Positions 7,401 through 11,052 of a DNA stretch of 11,052 nucleotides are shown here, in pieces. Position numbers and translations under genes: made by a program. Within the stretch, counting starts at the first letter, position 1, and every line of letters starts with the position of its first letter. Below the pieces are notes generated by a model. That model saw only the letters and a program-made list of their open reading frames with translations, ran no database searches and was not told the origin of the DNA. Origin of the DNA: Promethearchaeota archaeon (GTDB lineage: Archaea; Asgardarchaeota; Lokiarchaeia; Sigyniarchaeales; SOKP01); the NCBI GenBank assembly GCA_048941265.1, contig JBHLNT010000138.1, forward strand, positions 1-11,052, read 5' to 3'.

Positions 7401-7573
7401 TCTAATCCTTGAGAATATTTGAACAAAAATTTTGTGATTTCTGGTCCAATACTCCCACTATATTCTCCTGGGATTAGATAAAGTGATTTTTTAAGCTGAT
7501 CGAAAATTATTTGTGTTTTTTCTCCAATCTTTTCGTTAAACGGATTTTCTGCTCGCTTTAGAAAAATTTCCAT
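4469..7573 (-). CDS. Large hypothetical, predicted mostly alpha-helical protein (1034 aa) with three N-terminal ~148-aa repeats
   Basis: 3.1-kb ORF, E/K/L/I/F-rich amphipathic pattern, no catalytic motif recognised. Convergent with the 3640..4464 CDS, 4 nt between stops. Confidence 0.9.
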   Translation of the reverse strand: MEIFLKRAENPFNEKIGEKTQIIFDQLKKSLYLIPGEYSGSIGPEITKFLFKYSQGLEKIPDVYVEGILNHFLMFTNSLQDLANQNVKQVNQNLIIRSKSEIRNLSDLLQRFVAKAENGEILKGSERFEDIISFTVGESIEIAKFEEFELFIKRSAENFTQKIGNDKAAEFSEEVNKALKNIVDDFKGTADSEIAKYVFKFSEDTFRFYPEVLGNILKHILIFAQSLSDVNGMNRKQVDQEIIRRSKNKMSGLIDLFTAFLDMAKEGNLLQSSQNLEDVITHILGSEEKRKKFTDVGGFLKRAEEKYIRQLGEVKAQTFINDLLEAISEIPEEHGSYLGSDIARFLTKYSETMGNLESKEIEKILTRSLMFTRSLIDVNELSQEEINQYVINRSKRKCRNLFELYQLFLEIERPTPIKSRTPTFDDIVDYTLGKYEGPKTIEEAPNVHTLIEEFRSEFPVFEEHYKWANAINTIIPRFLEILENEEGNKIFDQLWENSYPKQKILEDFHQKIDELPRDDDKLFTIRLMNLLTRQILKSKKSDKMLTGSVAIMILAKIYIEIYGGRNSMVRAIKLKQLLKEREFAIDDKRGKLNEQILAIVQEDLKAIMRRVMTIRSIIPILTLKGYYIKTFDISKKDYPELFVDMFEDVSPLNDIGKEFLEYIRRLNTLGNLSALYYYIDSVRNFNKNYLKESEETPLDAVKNRDLLKEFFEMLFDLYDNLELTRFYDNKITIADRLVFIYILKYLYEPLQKTFELIENFLEEHKEFIKVKSLEFFLSKLKRREYTMNIEQLHQDIQSSVSEGESEDSEKMIRLKSMLDQQKSDMLKFSLMDDLIIEANKCMPIIDSRILFAKELLTFTEIIKNINPNLPAIFPSYFEKIGDFTNEFDKILELVRGLKEKNLISPGESYDIEKAREISTERLNKFISDQNFMEHIERMREGYDKIILYKEEFLAHIPIEQPDEVIEEFNPLEKYFQKYHEALTAVKSTETLTKFMESYQFWTNNQILPVTYNKAEEVLLKIVFNSIQEDINRIE
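6275..7573 (-). repeat. Three diverged intragenic tandem repeats, period 147-148 aa
   Basis: FLKRA/FIKRS/FLKRA at aa 4/151/299; EITKFLFKYS/EIAKYVFKFS/DIARFLTKYS; LMFTNSL/LIFAQSL/LMFTRSL; IIRSK/IRRSK/INRSK; FEDIISFTVG/LEDVITHILG/FDDIVDYTLG ending at aa 137/285/433. Residual DNA identity TTCTGCTCGCTTTA at 6662..6675 and 7547..7560. Confidence 0.9.
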
Positions 7574-7592
7574 GAATACATAATATAGTTCA

Positions 7593-7600
7593 ATTATAAA
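7593..7600 (-). promoter_or_regulatory. TATA box for a probably leaderless transcript of the 1034-aa CDS
   Basis: Minus strand TTTATAAT begins 27 nt upstream of ATG 7573; no SD. Confidence 0.5.
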
Positions 7601-7708
7601 TATCTATCCAAAAAGAAGATACCCTAAAACTTATTAAAAAACCTATTAAATCTAATTTCTTTATAATTTAATATTATCCAAAAAAATTGAAGCAAAGTAG
7701 TATATCTT

Positions 7709-8773
7709 ATGAAAAAAAAAATCGCTATAACTAAAGGCGATGGAATAGGACCTGAAGTTGTAGAAGAGGGCATCAAGATATTGAAAGTTATTTCTGACTA
7801 TACTGAATTTGAATTTGAATTAATAGAAGCACCTGCGGGAGGAAATGTCTGGAAAGAAACGGGAATAAATATGCCTGAAAAATCATGGGATGTAATTATA
7901 AATTCTGATGCCTTATTGTTCGGCGCAATCGGTATTCCTGGATTACCTCAAGGTATAGCAGAGTCTGCCATCTTTAAAATTAGGCAAGAGCTAGATTTAT
8001 ACGTGAATTTAAGACCAATTAAGTTATTTGATGCTTTGAAAGATAGATGCCCTTTAAAGGAGGAATACATAGGAAAAGGGATTGATATGACAATTGTTAG
8101 AGAAAATACAGAGGGATTATATAAAAAAATTGGAGAACTCAATGATGATGAAGCACATAATATAATGAGATATACAAGAAAAGGTTGTGAGCGTATTATT
8201 AAATATGCATTTGAATATGCAAAAAAAAATAGTCATAACAAGGTGACTTCAGTGGATAAAGCAAATTTACTAAATCCAAGCCAACTATGGCGTAAAATTT
8301 TTCATGAAATTGGTTCAGATTATCCAGATATAAAGAAGGAGGATATTTATGTCGATGCCTTTTGTCAATGGCTTATTCGAAAACCTTATGATTTTCAAAC
8401 AGTAGTTACTGGTAATATGTTTGGAGATATTATTAGTGATGAGGCAGCATTTCTGATTGGAAGCCTAGGGATGGCTTCAAGTGGAAATATCCATCCAAGA
8501 AAAGTGTCTATGTACGAACCAATACATGGATCTGCTCCAGATATAGCAGGAAAAGGTATAGCAAACCCAATTGGCACTATTTTAAGCGTAAAGCTTATGA
8601 TGCAAGAATCGTTTAATCAACCCAAACTCGGAGATGAGATTGAATATGCGGTTGAGGAAGCGTTAAATGAAGCTAGAACTGCTGATATAAAAAATCCAAA
8701 TTTAAAAACTCTTTCGACTAAGGAAATGGGAAATTTAATTTCAGAAAAATTGAAAATACATTTAAAAAAATAA
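7709..8773 (+). CDS. leuB: 3-isopropylmalate dehydrogenase (isocitrate/isopropylmalate dehydrogenase family), NAD-type
   Basis: [28 protein letters not shown] (Glu equivalent to T. thermophilus IPMDH E87 plus substrate Args), [40 protein letters not shown] (NAD-specifying Asp). The family is certain; the exact substrate is inferred. Confidence 0.8.
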   Translation: MKKKIAITKGDGIGPEVVEEGIKILKVISDYTEFEFELIEAPAGGNVWKETGINMPEKSWDVIINSDALLFGAIGIPGLPQGIAESAIFKIRQELDLYVNLRPIKLFDALKDRCPLKEEYIGKGIDMTIVRENTEGLYKKIGELNDDEAHNIMRYTRKGCERIIKYAFEYAKKNSHNKVTSVDKANLLNPSQLWRKIFHEIGSDYPDIKKEDIYVDAFCQWLIRKPYDFQTVVTGNMFGDIISDEAAFLIGSLGMASSGNIHPRKVSMYEPIHGSAPDIAGKGIANPIGTILSVKLMMQESFNQPKLGDEIEYAVEEALNEARTADIKNPNLKTLSTKEMGNLISEKLKIHLKK

Positions 8774-8857
8774 TTTACAAATTGTTCATTATTATATAAA
8801 TCACTTTTGAAAATTATTTATGTTTATTAAAGAATAAAACAATAAAAATGAGTTATT

Positions 8858-10018
8858 ATGGCAACCTATAAAATAGTAGTGCTAGCAGGTGACGGAATTG
8901 GTCCTGAAGTAATAGCAGAGACTTTGAAAGTATTACATGTAATTGAAGAAATTTCCAATAATATAAACTTTGAGTTCATAAAATATGATTGTGGTGGACA
9001 GTACTGGCTAAAGACAAATAAAAAGGAAGAATGGCCAGTAGAGGCATATGAAACGTGTAAAAATGAATCAGATGCAATCTTATTAGGTGCAATTGGCTGG
9101 ACCGATCCTGCTACAGGCAAAACCGTTTCTTATCCGGACGGAAAGATGGTCGGTCTTGAAGTTCTTTTTGGATTAAGATTTGGCTTAGATCTCTATGCGA
9201 ACATACGCCCCACTAAACTATATGAGGGTGTTCAACATCAAATCTCAGGGGAGTTTCGGCAAATCTGGAAACCTGAAAATGTTGATTTCGTATCGATTCG
9301 AGAAAATACAGAAGGATTATATGCCGATACGCATGGATATTTAAATAGAAATCAAAAAATAGAAATTGCAACGGATTGCAGGTTAATTACGAGAAAAGGT
9401 TCTGAGAGAGTGATTACCTTCGCTTTTGAATATTGTAAAAGACGAAATAAAGGTTCTCCTAAAGATGGAAAACTTCGAGTTACTTGTGTAGATAAGAGTA
9501 ATGTGACCGCTGGTTGCAAATTATTCAGAATGATTTACCAAGAAATTGCTCCAAAATATCCTAATATACAAGAAGATTATGCTTTCATCGATGCTTTTAC
9601 CCAATGGATTATCCGCACTCCGGAATGGTTTGATGTATGTGTTATCCCAAATATGTTCGGTGATATTGCTACAGACCTTGCAGCAGTTCTTCAAGGGAGC
9701 TTAGGAATGGCAGCTAGCGGAAATGTGGGGGATAGATACGGTATGTTTGAACCTATACACGGTTCTGCGCCAAAACATGCCGGAAAAAACAGGATAAACC
9801 CAATAGCAACAATTTCAGCAACTCAAATGATGTTAGATTGGTTATCAATGAAAAATGGTAATGATCCGCATTTAAAAAAAAGTGCTAATTTAATTGAAAA
9901 AGCGATTGAATTGATACTAAAAGAGGGTAAAGTTAGAACCTATGATCTGGGTGGATCCTCAAGCACTTCTGACGTTGGAGATGCAATATCCCAAAAAATA
10001 AAAGAAATTGCATCATAA
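8858..10018 (+). CDS. Isocitrate/isopropylmalate/tartrate dehydrogenase family protein, NADP-type signature, substrate uncertain
   Basis: [64 protein letters not shown]. Confidence 0.9.
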   Translation: MATYKIVVLAGDGIGPEVIAETLKVLHVIEEISNNINFEFIKYDCGGQYWLKTNKKEEWPVEAYETCKNESDAILLGAIGWTDPATGKTVSYPDGKMVGLEVLFGLRFGLDLYANIRPTKLYEGVQHQISGEFRQIWKPENVDFVSIRENTEGLYADTHGYLNRNQKIEIATDCRLITRKGSERVITFAFEYCKRRNKGSPKDGKLRVTCVDKSNVTAGCKLFRMIYQEIAPKYPNIQEDYAFIDAFTQWIIRTPEWFDVCVIPNMFGDIATDLAAVLQGSLGMAASGNVGDRYGMFEPIHGSAPKHAGKNRINPIATISATQMMLDWLSMKNGNDPHLKKSANLIEKAIELILKEGKVRTYDLGGSSSTSDVGDAISQKIKEIAS

Positions 10019-10034
10019 AAGATATTTCTTAAAC

Positions 10035-10075
10035 AAAGTCGAATGAATTTACTAAATTTAGCATACATTCGCTTT
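10035..10075. terminator. Imperfect hairpin between convergent genes, possible bidirectional terminator/3'-end structure
   Basis: AAAG-T-CGAATG(10035..10045)/CATTCG-CTTT(10066..10075) enclosing the palindrome CTAAATTTAG; followed by T-rich sequence on +. Confidence 0.3.
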
Positions 10076-10167
10076 ATTGCTTTATCATTTGCTTTCACTC
10101 TTAAAATGCTTTTCTCATTCATATCTTTCAGTAAAGAAATTAGCTTAATAAATCATCTAACGATAAA

Positions 10168-10941
10168 TTAAAATCTCATATAAGATACATTTCCTTTTTC
10201 AGGAATCGTTGAATATTTATTAAATCGGACTTTTAAACGCCCTTGAGACATACCAAACCTCCATAACCAGTATATAAAAAACCAAATCAGTATAATCCTA
10301 ATAAAACCATATTTTTCAAATCTTCTTGTCGAAGTTAATACTGCAGAAGTAATACATATAATTTTTCTTCTCCCATATCTCTTTAAACGATGACTAAAAT
10401 CAAAATCCTCACAAATCCAAAGAGGCTTGAAACCATTTAATTCTTCAAAAACAGACTTGCGAACAAAAATAGCATTATCTCCCGGGAATGACTTAAAAAA
10501 TCTAACGAGCCAATTACCCATTTCTTCCCATAAATAATTTAAAAATTTGAGAAGCCTTGTTCGCTTTAATTTAGGATTCCAATTCCATTTTTTTGTAAAG
10601 CCACCCCCTATTTTAGAGGTCCCTTCCATATAATTTATAATATTTATGAATGCATTTTTAGGTAAGAGTGTGTCAGCATGCAGAAAAAGCAAAATATCTC
10701 CTCTCGCTAGTTTTGCTCCGTCATTAAGTTGGTTATATCTACTAGGTCGACCTATAACTACTTTATCAGCTAATTTCTTAGCTAATTCAATTGTACCATC
10801 CGTTGAACCTCCATCACTAACAATGATTTCAATCGGAATAGAATAACCTGGATCGATTTGTGAAGCTTCTATTACTGCTGTAATTGTCTCTTCCAAGTTT
10901 TCAACTTCATTAAGAGTAATGATAATGATACTAACTAACAT
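10168..10941 (-). CDS. Family 2 glycosyltransferase (GT-A), resembling the TIGR04283 / GT_2_like_a group
   Basis: VSIIIITLNE, VSDGGSTDGT, RYNQLNDGAKLARGDILLFLHADTLLP, GDNAIFVRKSVFEELNGF, EDFDFSHRLKR, TSTRRF, followed by a hydrophobic C-terminal helix. Confidence 0.9.
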   Translation of the reverse strand: MLVSIIIITLNEVENLEETITAVIEASQIDPGYSIPIEIIVSDGGSTDGTIELAKKLADKVVIGRPSRYNQLNDGAKLARGDILLFLHADTLLPKNAFINIINYMEGTSKIGGGFTKKWNWNPKLKRTRLLKFLNYLWEEMGNWLVRFFKSFPGDNAIFVRKSVFEELNGFKPLWICEDFDFSHRLKRYGRRKIICITSAVLTSTRRFEKYGFIRIILIWFFIYWLWRFGMSQGRLKVRFNKYSTIPEKGNVSYMRF

Positions 10942-11052
10942 CTCAATATATTGTGTGTGTTTTTGACTACTTTTAGATTTCTGATTTTTTCTTTAATTTG
11001 CTAAATATTCTAAATCGATTATCAAAATCAGAACCCTCCTTTAATACATATT

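Noticed and set aside
7605-7684. Direct repeat TATCCAAAAA (7605..7614 and 7675..7684) in the divergent promoter region
   Set aside because: Low-complexity 10-mer in very AT-rich DNA; cannot be distinguished from chance.
7948-9120. Three short - strand ORFs (7948..8142, 8395..8577, 8866..9120)
   Set aside because: Antisense shadows of the two well-supported dehydrogenase genes.
10035-10075. Hairpin containing ATGA as a SECIS element
   Set aside because: No opposing GA for the kink-turn core, and the flanking genes end in TAA with no internal UGA.
9940-10122. 60-aa - strand ORF as a functional gene
   Set aside because: Overlaps the dehydrogenase 3' end by 79 nt on the opposite strand and has no SD or motif; kept only as a possible remnant.
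10646-10846. 66-aa + strand ORF
   Set aside because: Antisense shadow of the GT2 gene.
1-11052. CRISPR array, transposase/IS, integrase, rRNA or tRNA genes
   Set aside because: No regularly spaced repeats, terminal inverted repeats, mobile-element ORFs or GC-rich structural RNA signatures were seen.

Overview
AT-rich archaeal window, most consistent with an Asgard (Lokiarchaeia-like) genome. That assignment is inferred from an FAWSP-type histone, a Rab/Arf-like small GTPase and a cytoplasmic PAS histidine kinase. Gene order: (-) zinc-ribbon/small GTPase fusion running off the left edge (missed by the ORF track); (-) PAS-PAS histidine kinase; (-) archaeal histone; a ~540 bp intergenic region with structured elements; (+) hypothetical protein with a C-terminal PIP-box-like motif; (-) 1034-aa protein with three ~148-aa tandem repeats; (+) leuB and a tandem beta-decarboxylating dehydrogenase paralog with an NADP-type signature; (-) GT2 glycosyltransferase. 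The main observation is that the histone gene appears to be interrupted by a 29-nt intron (3078..3050, minus strand). The intron sits in a canonical bulge-helix-bulge motif, the substrate of the tRNA splicing endonuclease. Cutting at the canonical positions joins an out-of-frame, SD-preceded ATG (3092) to the histone fold and gives a 70-aa histone, MAKKVFAWSP.... A possible divergent structured RNA just upstream carries a segment complementary to that intron.
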